A DNA stretch of 62,921 nt, the filler included, from Candidatus Woesearchaeota archaeon CG1_02_57_44 (GTDB lineage Archaea; Nanobdellota; Nanobdellia; Woesearchaeales; CG1-02-57-44): NCBI GenBank assembly GCA_001871415.1. It is 5 parts of 5 records of this genome, joined end to end, with 100 filler letters (N's around TTAATTAATTAA, not from the genome) between each part and the next. Parts side by side here need not be neighbours in the genome. Positions count along the whole stretch, not along the records: positions 39,516 to 47,696 come from MNWW01000061.1; positions 47,797 to 54,833 come from MNWW01000009.1; 3 more parts are not named here. One strand, 5' to 3'. The notes below the pieces were generated by a model, which saw only the letters and a list, made by a program, of their open reading frames with translations, had not been told where the DNA came from and searched no databases. This document shows, one piece after another, positions 41,840-51,435 of the stretch; positions within the stretch are counted from its first letter, which is position 1, and every line of letters starts with the position of its first letter. The position numbers were made by a program, and so were the translations under genes.

Positions 41840-42768
41840 TGCGCTGTCTCATCGCGGGGGGCGTGGGGTTCCTGGGCAGCCATCTGGCCGACCGTCTGCT
41901 CAAGGACGGTCATGAGGTGATCGTCGTCGACGATCTGAGCTCAGGGAACATGCGCAATATCGAGCACCTCAAGGGCAATCCGTCATTCAGTTTCGTGCGC
42001 CATGACGTCTCTGAGCCATTGCAGGTGAGCATCCGTGTCGACAGGATATATCACCTGGCGAGTCTCGCCAGTCCTCCGGGTTATCAGAAGCGCCCGGTGC
42101 ACACCCTGATAACCAACGGTTTTGGCGCCTATCATCTGCTCAATAACGCGCTGTCCATGGACGCGAGATTCCTGTTCGCCTCGACCAGCGAGGTCTATGG
42201 CGATCCGAGCGTCAATCCGCAGCCCGAGTCCTACTGGGGCAATGTCAATCCCGTGGGCATCCGCTCCTGCTATGACGAGGCCAAGCGTTTCGGCGAGGCC
42301 ATGGTCATGGCCTTCAACCGCAAGCACGATAAGCAATACAAGCTCATACGTATCTTCAACACCTACGGCCCGCGCATGGACCTGCGCGATGGCCGCGTGG
42401 TGCCAAACCTCATCGGTCAGGCGCTGCGCGGCGAGCCATTGACCGTGTATGGCGATGGGAGCCAGACGCGCTCGTTCTGCTATGTTGACGATCTCATCGA
42501 CGGCATCGTGCGCATGATGGAATCAGAGGAAGTGGGTCCTATCAACATCGGCAATCCTGATGAGCGCACGATCCAAGAGTTCGCGCAGGTCATAAAGAAG
42601 CTCATCCCGACAGCAGGGCCCATCACACATCTGCCCTTGCCAAAGGATGATCCTCTCCAGCGCAGGCCGGATATCACGCTGGCCAGGACCAAGCTGCACT
42701 GGGAGCCGAAGGTCAAGCTCGACGACGGGTTGCGAAAGACCATCGCGTACTTCGAGACGATGGTGTGA
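41839..42768 (+). CDS. UDP-glucuronate decarboxylase (UDP-xylose synthase) family
   Basis: HLASLASP, ASTSEVYGDP, YWGNVNP, SCYDEAKRFGE, RIFNTYGPRM..DGRVV, DDPLQRRPDI. Confidence 0.92.
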   Translation: MRCLIAGGVGFLGSHLADRLLKDGHEVIVVDDLSSGNMRNIEHLKGNPSFSFVRHDVSEPLQVSIRVDRIYHLASLASPPGYQKRPVHTLITNGFGAYHLLNNALSMDARFLFASTSEVYGDPSVNPQPESYWGNVNPVGIRSCYDEAKRFGEAMVMAFNRKHDKQYKLIRIFNTYGPRMDLRDGRVVPNLIGQALRGEPLTVYGDGSQTRSFCYVDDLIDGIVRMMESEEVGPINIGNPDERTIQEFAQVIKKLIPTAGPITHLPLPKDDPLQRRPDITLARTKLHWEPKVKLDDGLRKTIAYFETMV

Positions 42769-42845
42769 GCGCGAGGGCAGGTTATGTTGGAGCTAAGATA
42801 AACGGGTGGCTTTTTTCTAGTATGATAGCTATGTCGTTTATCTCG

Positions 42846-43571
42846 TCATGCCTTACATTGCTTCCAGAGGTGCGCATGGTAAGCGCGATGGTTGTCGGCG
42901 ATCTCTTTGCTGGTGATGACGAAGGCATGCCAGTCATTGCTCCAGAGAACGTTCACGGTCTTGTCGTTGTAGATGAACACGACCGACGGATTCTTGGACA
43001 GGGGCTCCGGCAGGTACCGTAATTTGAAGTAATGGTCTGAGGGCGCGGGTCTGCCACGGGTCTCATGGCGGGCGAGATTGTGCCACCAGGTCTTCTTCTT
43101 GAAGCGCTTGCGGTCATACTGCTGCCAGTATTCTGGCATCAAGTCCATGACATAGAATCCACCGCCGATGAAATAGCAGGTGCCGGCGTCGAGCATATCA
43201 TCGAAGAGCGCTTTCATGCCCTCTTTTCCATGCAAGACTTCGATGCTGACAGATGGTTTGGTCTCAGCATGCAGTTGCAGTATGGAAGGGAGGAGTGTTG
43301 TGGCATTTGCGATTGCTGCCGCTTTTGCCTCCAGCAGCGCTGTCATGTGCGCAGGTGGGCCGACACAGTATTCCTGACGGCGGTTGACTTTGGTGCTCGT
43401 GGCGAGCCCTTTGGCGCGCAGCTTTGCCAGTATATCATATATGGCGCGTCGCTCTAATCCAGAAGCGCGGTGGAGCTCCTCCAACGACGCCTGACCTGCA
43501 TGCAGCAGCGCTGTGTAGACGGTGATTTCGCCTTTGGAGAGGCCGACAGCTTCAAGCGCATCCAGTTGCAT
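42846..43571 (-). CDS. TrmB-family transcriptional regulator
   Basis: GLSKGEITVYTALL, IYDILAKLRAKGL, HGKEGMK, IYNDK; start ATG 43571. Confidence 0.88.
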   Translation of the reverse strand: MQLDALEAVGLSKGEITVYTALLHAGQASLEELHRASGLERRAIYDILAKLRAKGLATSTKVNRRQEYCVGPPAHMTALLEAKAAAIANATTLLPSILQLHAETKPSVSIEVLHGKEGMKALFDDMLDAGTCYFIGGGFYVMDLMPEYWQQYDRKRFKKKTWWHNLARHETRGRPAPSDHYFKLRYLPEPLSKNPSVVFIYNDKTVNVLWSNDWHAFVITSKEIADNHRAYHAHLWKQCKA

Positions 43572-43659
43572 AGGCAAGGAGATGTGACGCGTGTTTTTAA
43601 TATTATGGTATATTAGTATCCCACAAATAGTAATAATGCTCTTGTGTTTGCTCCTTGGG

Positions 43660-44950
43660 ATGGTCTCGGTCATATTGGTCCGCCCGCCAGTGGATGACTG
43701 GTATCAGGCAGATCAGTACGCGACAGGGTTTCGTTGCGGTCCTCCCTCCGGCTTGCTCTATCTCGCTGCTGCTATCAAGGACATCGCCGATGTCAGAGTC
43801 ATCGATGGGTACCGCGAGGTTGATTGGCAAGGTCCGCACAAGGCTGATTTCGTCGGTGCGACATCGCTGTTCTGTGATTATCAGAACGCGTTGTCTGTGC
43901 TAAAGAATGCTAACGGTATGCGCCTGCTGGGTGGCGCGCAGGCGTATCCGCTGGCTGAGCGTATACTGGCAGCTCGGCCATTCGTGGACGCGGTGGTGCG
44001 TGGCGACGGTGAGGATGCGTTGCGCCGTCTGGTGGCAGGAGATGATCCAGCGTGCATCGAAAACGTGGTCAGCAGAGGCAAAGACGGCGCGATAGTGAGT
44101 AATCCGTCGAAGAGGGTGACGCCAGGCATTCTTTATGATCTCTCACCCATGGAGTCGCCCGAATCCTACGAGGGCAAAGAGATGGACACGTCGTTCATTC
44201 GTGGATGCATATGGGCACAACGCAATGGACGATGTGACTATTGCAGTCTCCTGCCTGGCGTGCGCGTGATGGCTCCGGCAGAGAAGCCCTGGGCGCAGAT
44301 ACGGTTGTTGCGCGAGAGATACAATGCAGCAAGGATTTTTGAGACCGGTGATACCTTCATGGTGGGGAATTATCCCCGCAGGTTACTGGAGGCAAGACCC
44401 AAGGACCTGGCCGATGTCACGTTCCGTGTGTATCTCAACCCTACAGACTTGGCAGAGGAGAATATCGCTCTGCTCGCAGAGCTTGGCGTCCGTGAGGCAT
44501 TCGTAGGTGTGGAGCATGCGGTGCCGGAGATATTGGAACGCGCGGGAAAAAAAGCTTCCAAGAAATATCGTGCAACAATTGCTGAACGTTCAACGCCATG
44601 GTATCCGAACGCACGTCCCTTTCCTCTATGGTCTGGCAGGGGAGACCATAGAGACCATGCAGGCAAACTATCGCCTGGCATGCGAACTCGCTGAGCGTGC
44701 GGACGCGGCATTGCTAATGATGACGAGCAGCGTCGTGATACCGTTGCCAGGCTCTCCCTATTTTGAAGACCTGATGAATCAGGCGACACACCTGCGGCAG
44801 CAGGACGCGTTTCATTACCGCTCGCTGACTGAACAGCACCTGGAACGACAGACGCGGGTGTCGCTGAGGGAAGCGCAGGGCATGGTCGAGCAGACACTAG
44901 CGTTGGTTGATGCTCCTGAGCATAAGACAACGTATCGCCTGGAGAGCTGA
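43660..44950 (+). pseudogene. B12-binding radical SAM protein split by a +1 frameshift at an A7 tract (44547-44553)
   Basis: PPSGLLYLAA, LGG, VVRGDGE, RGC-x8-CxxC, FVGVEH..EIL in one frame; GIRTHVPFLYGLAGET and PLPGSPYF in the +1 frame. Confidence 0.8.
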
Positions 44951-45027
44951 TGCTCCCCTGGTCGCAAAAGGTGTGGCTCGACGACGGGCTCAGGAAGACC
45001 ATCAAGTACTTCGAGATGATGCTCTGA
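44950..45027 (+). repeat. Diverged duplicate of the last 26 codons of the UDP-glucuronate decarboxylase gene (42691-42768)
   Basis: MLPWSQKVWLDDGLRKTIKYFEMML* vs KLHWEPKVKLDDGLRKTIAYFETMV*; 59/78 nt identical by manual count. Confidence 0.88.
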
Positions 45028-45034
45028 GCAGCGT

Positions 45035-45298
45035 TCACGCGAGCCGCAGCGTGTAGGTGATGGTGATATGCTGTATGGCGTCTGCATCAGAGGCATCATC
45101 GGTGTCATCATCGGCGCTGAGCACGACCTCTTTCTTCACCACAGCGTAGCGCAGTGTGCCACGGCCCTCTCCCCTGTCGACGACCAGCGTCTCGCCCTCT
45201 GACAGCGGTATGCCTCCTTTCCAGTCCTGCGTCCCCTTGAGCGGACCGTCGAGGAAGACTGCTTTTGTGGTCTTGTGGATCATCCGCATGTTCACCAA
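45035..45298 (-). CDS. Small hypothetical protein
   Basis: 87-aa ORF overlapping the transketolase stop; FLDGPLKG motif. Confidence 0.6.
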   Translation of the reverse strand: MVNMRMIHKTTKAVFLDGPLKGTQDWKGGIPLSEGETLVVDRGEGRGTLRYAVVKKEVVLSADDDTDDASDADAIQHITITYTLRLA

Positions 45299-47352
45299 TC
45301 GATACTGCCATGGGTCGCCACCGAGGGTCGCGCGACTGCGCAGATGTGTTGATGGATGCTCTGTGCATCAAGCCCCTGATAGGTCATCTGCACGCGGCCA
45401 AGACCGCCGACACCTGAGCGTGTGCTGCCAAGGTAGTCATACTGGCCGTGGAATCCATGCTTGAGTAGCTCTGTCCCCATCCGGGAGCCGACGCCGTTCC
45501 TGCGGTTCTGGCTCTCGACGAAGAGCACGAATGGCGCGTCTTGGAGCCGCTCGAAGGTCTCCGGGTCCCATGCATTGAGCGTGCTTTTGTTGATGAGTCC
45601 GACGTCGCGTCCGTTTAGCCTTGCCTGTTGGACGGCGGAGAGCGCGCGATACAGGCATTCACCATAGGACACGACATAGCCGTCGCTGCCTGGTCTGATG
45701 ACATCATCCTTGCCAGGCCTGAATTGATAGCCGCTTTTCTCGGCGCTGAAGAATTCAGTGCCGTCCGCGTTGATGATCTTTGGCGTCGCCGACCTGGTCG
45801 TGAGCACGAAGCGAAGACCCGGGTCATCGAAGATGGCGCGCACGCCTGCAGCGAGCTGGTTGGCGTCGGCGAAGGCGTACAGGCGTATGCCGTCTGACTC
45901 CTCCTCGAGCGCGACATCCAGGAAGCTCATGTTGACGCCGAAGTGGCAGCGGTTGTCTGCCATGTCGTCGACGCCGGTGTGCGAGTAGTGCACGAGCGCT
46001 CTGCTGCCGTTCAGCAGCGCCATGGTGACTTCTGAGATAGTCATCTCCGCAAAAGCGCCGAATGTAGCGAAGATGCCCTGGCGTGTGGTTGTCTCCTCGC
46101 GTGGGTCAGGGCGGCCGAAGGCCGCGGCTGTCGCGAAGTTGCCGCTCTCATTGATGCCTCCTGAGATGTAGATATCCGGGTGACGGCTGCGCAGCGTGTC
46201 CAGGCCGCAGGATCCCTCCAGGTCAGAGTCGATGATGCGCACGTTGCTGTGTGCATAGTCCGGCCCGCGCTCGTCGAGGATGTCCGCGACGACGGCGCCG
46301 AATGCCTTGCGGCAGCTGGCGGCCGGGGCATCGCTCTCGGTGGCAGTGTGGGCGGGCTTCTGCAGGGTAGCGTGGTCGATGGCGGCGACAGCAGCGTCGA
46401 GGCCCCGGGCAGAGAGATAGGCCTTTGCTGCGTCGGTGGGTATGACATCATGGCCTTTGGTCGTTCCCTCGATACCGGGGATGCCTGGCGCCATGTTGCG
46501 GCGTAGGATGACCGCGAAAGGGCCGGGGGCGAGCAGGGCGGCCCTGATGGCGCTGTAGGTGGCGCGCATGTTCATATCAGGTTCCTCGACCACCAGATAG
46601 GGGATGTGATGGCCGTCGAGCGTGTCCTCCAGGCTGAAGGTGGAGAAGTAATCTGACGTATGTCCTGCGATGGTCACATCATTGGCGTCGATGAGCCATT
46701 TCACATCGAGCCCTTGCTGCACCGCGAAGCGCGCCGCCCCGGCGACGCGGTCCTCCTGTTGCGAGCCGTCGCTGCCGAGCATGAATATGGCCCTGTCAGG
46801 ATGCGCGAGTGCCACGCCGTTGACCTCATTTGCCATGTGGCCTAACCGGCCTCCGGCGAATCCGATGCCTGGTGTGAGATGCGGCTCTGGATGCCCCGGA
46901 AGGCCCATGCCTCCCTCGCGATAGTGCAGAAGATCGCCGAAGGAGATGTCGCCATTGATGGCGGCGCGTAGGTAGTGGTAGGCGACGCGGTGTCCAGCTT
47001 CATCAAAGACCACAGGATAGACACCGTTCATAGGAGAGCGTATGAGTGATGCCAGTATCTCTCCCTCGAGCATGATGTCATAGGCGCCGCCAGTATGCCC
47101 TCCTAGGCCTTTTGCTCCTGCGAGCGCAGTGAAGGCGACGATGGCATCCCTGCCGAACTGGACATTCCTGGTCAACTGCGCCATGTCGCTGTCAGGGACA
47201 TCCTCTGCCGCGACAGAGGCATCGAGCGTCACTGGCGCATACCTGTCGCTATTGACCGGGAACGGCTCCTGTGATCTGACCCAGTTGCGCCGGTTCCTTG
47301 GCGTGATGATGCCTTCTTTGTCCCAGATGCCGGGAAGCTCGATTGCAGACAT
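45292..47352 (-). CDS. Thiamine-diphosphate-dependent transketolase-like enzyme (atypical GGHTGG subfamily)
   Basis: GGHTGG, DEAGHR, LPGHPE, GRLGH, GSDGSQQE...DAND TPP motif, DSDLEGS, GINE, YSHTGVDDMADNRCHFG. Confidence 0.85.
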   Translation of the reverse strand: MSAIELPGIWDKEGIITPRNRRNWVRSQEPFPVNSDRYAPVTLDASVAAEDVPDSDMAQLTRNVQFGRDAIVAFTALAGAKGLGGHTGGAYDIMLEGEILASLIRSPMNGVYPVVFDEAGHRVAYHYLRAAINGDISFGDLLHYREGGMGLPGHPEPHLTPGIGFAGGRLGHMANEVNGVALAHPDRAIFMLGSDGSQQEDRVAGAARFAVQQGLDVKWLIDANDVTIAGHTSDYFSTFSLEDTLDGHHIPYLVVEEPDMNMRATYSAIRAALLAPGPFAVILRRNMAPGIPGIEGTTKGHDVIPTDAAKAYLSARGLDAAVAAIDHATLQKPAHTATESDAPAASCRKAFGAVVADILDERGPDYAHSNVRIIDSDLEGSCGLDTLRSRHPDIYISGGINESGNFATAAAFGRPDPREETTTRQGIFATFGAFAEMTISEVTMALLNGSRALVHYSHTGVDDMADNRCHFGVNMSFLDVALEEESDGIRLYAFADANQLAAGVRAIFDDPGLRFVLTTRSATPKIINADGTEFFSAEKSGYQFRPGKDDVIRPGSDGYVVSYGECLYRALSAVQQARLNGRDVGLINKSTLNAWDPETFERLQDAPFVLFVESQNRRNGVGSRMGTELLKHGFHGQYDYLGSTRSGVGGLGRVQMTYQGLDAQSIHQHICAVARPSVATHGSIDW

Positions 47353-47493
47353 GGCGGATTCCTCCTTGATCAGTGTATTGGCGGCAGGTCGCGATCGTCT
47401 TTTGGGCGACGTGCAGGATGCTCGGTAGCGGCCCGGATATTTTATATTTTGTTGAGATGAGGATGGATACTGAGGGGCACGAGCGCACTGGTG

Positions 47494-47696
47494 CTATCGG
47501 GCCGCCTTCCGGTAGCGTCCCCTCATCCAGTGCCAACGGATCACGAACAGGTCACGGAGCATGCGCAGCGCGTCGCGCACCGGATGCACCTTGCTGCCCG
47601 CGGCGTTGCGCCATTCGACCGGCTCCTCCTTGATGGAGAACCCAAGTTTTCGCGCGACGAACAGCGCCTCCACGTCGAAGGAGAACCCATCCAGGC
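47494..47696 (-). CDS. C-terminus of a GT2 dolichyl-phosphate glycosyltransferase (Alg5-like), 5' truncated
   Basis: Manual translation LDGFSFDVEALFVARKLGFSIKEEPVEWRNAAGSKVHPVRDALRMLRDLFVIRWHWMRGRYRKAAR*. Confidence 0.85.
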
Positions 47697-47796
47697 NNNN
47701 NNNNNNNNNNNNNNNNNNNNNNNNNNNNNNNNNNNNNNNNTTAATTAATTAANNNNNNNNNNNNNNNNNNNNNNNNNNNNNNNNNNNNNNNNNNNN
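47697..47796. other. Artificial contig linker
   Basis: 100 nt N/TTAATTAATTAA/N. Confidence 0.98.
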
Positions 47797-48076
47797 CTGA
47801 CCAGTCAGCCTGATTGAAGACATCAAGGTCGCGCCAGCAGAACGTGCAGCGCAGGTTGCAGAACAGTACCGGCGACATCTGCACACAGCGATGGCTGGCG
47901 ATGCCATAGAAGCGCGACTTGTAGCAGGTGCCCTTGCAAGCGAGCGAGGACTTGGTGTAATGGCATGCCTTGACCGCGCTGTGGCGGCCTACGACAAGAA
48001 ATCCCGCGTTGCGCATATCCAGCTGCTTGGCCAGCGGAACAACGGGCTTGATCAGGGGGAGGGACAGATGCGCCAT
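47797..48076 (-). CDS. taw1: 4-demethylwyosine synthase Taw1/TYW1 (3' truncated)
   Basis: HSAVKACHYTK, CYKSRFYGIASHRCVQMSP, CNLRCTFCWR. Confidence 0.92.
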
Positions 48077-48221
48077 GAGCGCGATGAGTTCGGTCGTGCT
48101 TAAAAATATTATGGCAGCAACAGCCAAGCATCAAAAGCATACGTGCATGCTCAGCCACCACCATGCGTCCGCGATAACAAGGAGCCACATCCTCGCGCAT
48201 CGACATCCAGTGCCTTATACG

Positions 48222-49511
48222 TCACTTCGCCAGCAGCTCACGCGTATGCTCCTTGTAGGACTCGACATTGGGTTGGTCGAAGGGATTCACTCCGTAGAGC
48301 GCGCCCAGGAACATGACCTCCATCATCTTGAACTGCAGGAACGCGCCTATATCCTGCGGCGTCTTGTCCATGGCAATCTCCAGGAACGGACGCCGGGCGC
48401 TATCGAATGCCGCCTTGGTCCCCTCAAGGATCGCGTCCATGATGTCCTGGCAGGATTTTCCGCCGAGGTTACTGACCAAGGCACCATACTCAGGACCCTC
48501 AGGAACCATCACCTGCGTCCTGGACTGCGCGCGCACGAACGTGACGAGCTTGTCCTGCGGGCCTCCCAAGTAGAGCTGACCGACACTATGCAGGTCAGTC
48601 GATCCTATGGATACCGTGGGCGTGATGCCGGCGTGCACCAGGTTGCCTTTGCGATCGTGCTCCTTGCCGATGCTCTCACCGAGCAGCTGACGGTACCACT
48701 TGCCCAAGGATTCAAGATCATTGCTGAACAGGAAGAGGTCAGTCACATTCCTGCCTGCCTGCGCGTGCAGGTACTGGGCCAACGCGCTCGCGAGCGCGGG
48801 ATTCTTGTCCACATCGGCAAGCTGACATTGTTTCCTCATCGCGGCCGCGCCCTTGCGCAGCGCGACCACATCTATTCCGAGCAGCTGCAAGGGGAAGATG
48901 CCGACATTGGAGAGCACAGAATAACGGCCACCGACCGACGGTGGGATTTCCAGCGCGCGCCAGCCTTGCACATGGGCGAGATTCCAGAGCTTGCTGTCCT
49001 TAGTCGTAGTCGCGACGATAGTCGCCCTGCACGCCTTTGCCAGGATGCGCGCATTCGCCACGGTCTCTGTGGTGCCTCCTGACTTGGAGATGATGTTGAG
49101 CAGCACGTTTCCCTTCAGGTGCGGCGTGATGGCAGCGATGGCATCAGCGTCAACGGTATCCGCGTAGAAGACCAACGGGCCTTGTGGCTTGCCTGCACCC
49201 TCCGCTGAAGCCGACATGTCCGCCAGGACACACCGGTTGTGGCCCTTGCCCAGCACCGCTTCCTGCACAGCCACGGTCCCCAGGTTCGAGCCACCGATAC
49301 CGATGACGACCAGCACGTCGGGTCTTGCGACGGCTGCCGCGGTCTTCCTGCTCGCACGCAGCACATCCGCGTCTGATGATAGTAGCAGTGACGCCCGCTC
49401 GTCCTCCCAGGTCACTTTGCGCATGCGCTCGAGCTCGGGCAATATCTTCTTCGCTGTCGAAGCGAGCTTGCTCGCGGGCAGGCGCGCATGCTTCATGGAG
49501 AAGCGCATCAA
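48222..49511 (-). CDS. pgi: Glucose-6-phosphate isomerase
   Basis: IGIGGSNLG, SKSGGTTET, VGGRYSVLS, QLLGESIGK, DLHSVGQ, NPFDQPNVESYK. Confidence 0.95.
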   Translation of the reverse strand: MMRFSMKHARLPASKLASTAKKILPELERMRKVTWEDERASLLLSSDADVLRASRKTAAAVARPDVLVVIGIGGSNLGTVAVQEAVLGKGHNRCVLADMSASAEGAGKPQGPLVFYADTVDADAIAAITPHLKGNVLLNIISKSGGTTETVANARILAKACRATIVATTTKDSKLWNLAHVQGWRALEIPPSVGGRYSVLSNVGIFPLQLLGIDVVALRKGAAAMRKQCQLADVDKNPALASALAQYLHAQAGRNVTDLFLFSNDLESLGKWYRQLLGESIGKEHDRKGNLVHAGITPTVSIGSTDLHSVGQLYLGGPQDKLVTFVRAQSRTQVMVPEGPEYGALVSNLGGKSCQDIMDAILEGTKAAFDSARRPFLEIAMDKTPQDIGAFLQFKMMEVMFLGALYGVNPFDQPNVESYKEHTRELLAK

Positions 49512-50470
49512 GACCGCCTCGCTCTGGCACCAGAGACCACCGGACCTTTTTTTGGATCTGCGGCGCCGCCTCGCACCGTCGGTCGCAACAGCGCCGCGTA
49601 CTCAGGGACGATATCAGCGGTGAACTTGCGCATGCCCTCTCGGGTCTTCGCATGATCGGTGGCCGCCATCAGCACGTCGAAGGGAACGGTCGCGATGTGC
49701 GAACCTGCCAGCGCCGCCTCACGCAACTGACGCGCGTTCCGGATAGACGCGGCCAGGACCTCGGTCTTCAGATGATGACCTTCCATCATCTCGACGCACT
49801 GCGCTACCAGGTCGATTCCTGATACGACCCCATTGTCCTCGAGCATCACGGCTTGCTGCGACTGGCTTTCGCACGCTGACGCTGCGCCTGCTTTGCTGCG
49901 CGCCTGGATTAGGGGCCTGCCGTCAACAGGATAGTAGTCGGTCTTGCTAAACGATGTCCCTTCGCGGAGCATATCGTCGATGCGACCAGCGAACGGGCTC
50001 ACCATGGCAGCGCCTGCCTTCGCGGCAAGCAGCGCCTGCTCGGGCGTGAAGATGAGCGTGCAGTTGACCAGGATTCCTTTTTTCGCCAGGACGCGTATGG
50101 CCTTGATGCCCTCGAAACCAGGACCATCAGTTGGATTGACAGGTACTTTCACGACCACGGTCCCTGAGGCGCCAAAGACCTGCATGAGCCGCATGCCTTC
50201 GCGCACCATGTCCTCGGCATTCATGCCGATGACCTCCAGGCTTACGGGCAGTGGCTTGACAGCGGTGAGGATCCGCTTCAGGTATGCCTCCATGGCCTTG
50301 CTATCTGACGCAGGGGCAAATTTCCCTCTGGCAACGCCGACCTTTTTTCCAGCAGCGCTCGCCGCCACTTGGCGCACGAGGCTCGGATTGGTCGTCACAC
50401 CATCCAATACGCCAGAGGCCATGGCCTGCTCTATCTCGTCCAGCTTCGCCGTGTCAATGAAGAGTTTCAT
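49508..50470 (-). CDS. tal: Transaldolase / FSA family
   Basis: FIDTA, GVTTNPSL, VVKVP, NCTLIF, SPFAGRIDD, LAASIR. Confidence 0.92.
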   Translation of the reverse strand: MKLFIDTAKLDEIEQAMASGVLDGVTTNPSLVRQVAASAAGKKVGVARGKFAPASDSKAMEAYLKRILTAVKPLPVSLEVIGMNAEDMVREGMRLMQVFGASGTVVVKVPVNPTDGPGFEGIKAIRVLAKKGILVNCTLIFTPEQALLAAKAGAAMVSPFAGRIDDMLREGTSFSKTDYYPVDGRPLIQARSKAGAASACESQSQQAVMLEDNGVVSGIDLVAQCVEMMEGHHLKTEVLAASIRNARQLREAALAGSHIATVPFDVLMAATDHAKTREGMRKFTADIVPEYAALLRPTVRGGAADPKKGPVVSGARARRS

Positions 50471-50490
50471 GGTCTCACCTTCCCTATTGT

Positions 50491-51435
50491 TCAGGAGCGT
50501 CCCTGCGCATCACCATCCAGACCCTGCACACTGCATGCCCCGAGAAGACCAGCCTGTGTGTTCATGATGATGGAGACACTGACAGGCCAGGGGATGCTAT
50601 CGAGTGCTGTGAGGAACTCACGGGTATAAAAAACATCCGGGTTACGTGCAGCTATGCCTCCTGCAAGATAACAGGTGCCCGCCTTGCATTCCAGCATAAA
50701 ATTCCTGGCGCACCGCCCGGCGAATCGCGCGAACCACTGCTTCGCTTTGCGTGCGTGCTTGTCTTCACCCTTGGCTATCTGCATGGCAGGCAATGATGAG
50801 CCAGAAAGCCTCCTGTAGAGGCGCTCAAGCCCTCTACCCGAGAGGACATCCTCATATGTCGGCCTGTGCGCGCCCAGCAGCTCAAGCTCCTGCGGCGTGG
50901 CGGGCAGCTGCGCGTGACCTCCCTCACTCGGACAGGACCTGTCGCCAAAACGGATAGCTTTACCCAGGCCAGTGCCGAATGCCAGGATGACCGCCGCATC
51001 CTCTGGAGAGGAACCTGCCCCTTTGTGGACCACCCGCAGCTCATCTGGCTGCAGATAAGGAATGGCTTCGGCGATCGCCTGCACATCATTGATTAGAAAC
51101 ACAGGTATACCCAAGGACCGTTCCAGTGCTGAGGCGCGAAGCGTCCAGGGAAGATTGGTCATGGTCACCCGGCCACGTTCGACAGGACCTGCGGCGGCTA
51201 TTACTGCCCGTAAAGGTTTCTCTTCGCTTTCAGCGAGCAGCGATTTCATGGCCGCAAGAATTTCTGTCAGGGAAACGCTTGGCATCTGGCGCTGTATCAC
51301 AAGCCAGGGATTGCCGATACCGATACGTGTCGTGGTGCCGCCGATGTCAGCGCCCAGCACCCATCCTGATCGGCCTTTCGACGCTGCCCGGTCAGCAATC
51401 CTCGTCATTACAGGCACAGATGATGTCCTGCTCAT
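50491..51435 (-). CDS. glk: Glucokinase (bacterial Glk type)
   Basis: ADIGGT, AAGP, TNLPW, LIND, GTGLG, SEGGH, EDVLSGRGL, LAGGIA. Confidence 0.88.
   Translation of the reverse strand: MSRTSSVPVMTRIADRAASKGRSGWVLGADIGGTTTRIGIGNPWLVIQRQMPSVSLTEILAAMKSLLAESEEKPLRAVIAAAGPVERGRVTMTNLPWTLRASALERSLGIPVFLINDVQAIAEAIPYLQPDELRVVHKGAGSSPEDAAVILAFGTGLGKAIRFGDRSCPSEGGHAQLPATPQELELLGAHRPTYEDVLSGRGLERLYRRLSGSSLPAMQIAKGEDKHARKAKQWFARFAGRCARNFMLECKAGTCYLAGGIAARNPDVFYTREFLTALDSIPWPVSVSIIMNTQAGLLGACSVQGLDGDAQGRS

Noticed and set aside
44544..44554. Classical -1 ribosomal frameshift at A-AAA-AAG
   Set aside because: The downstream half is in the +1 frame, so a -1 shift would not restore the protein
45292..49511. 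Transketolase and pgi/tal as one operon
   Set aside because: They are separated by a contig linker, so adjacency is unproven
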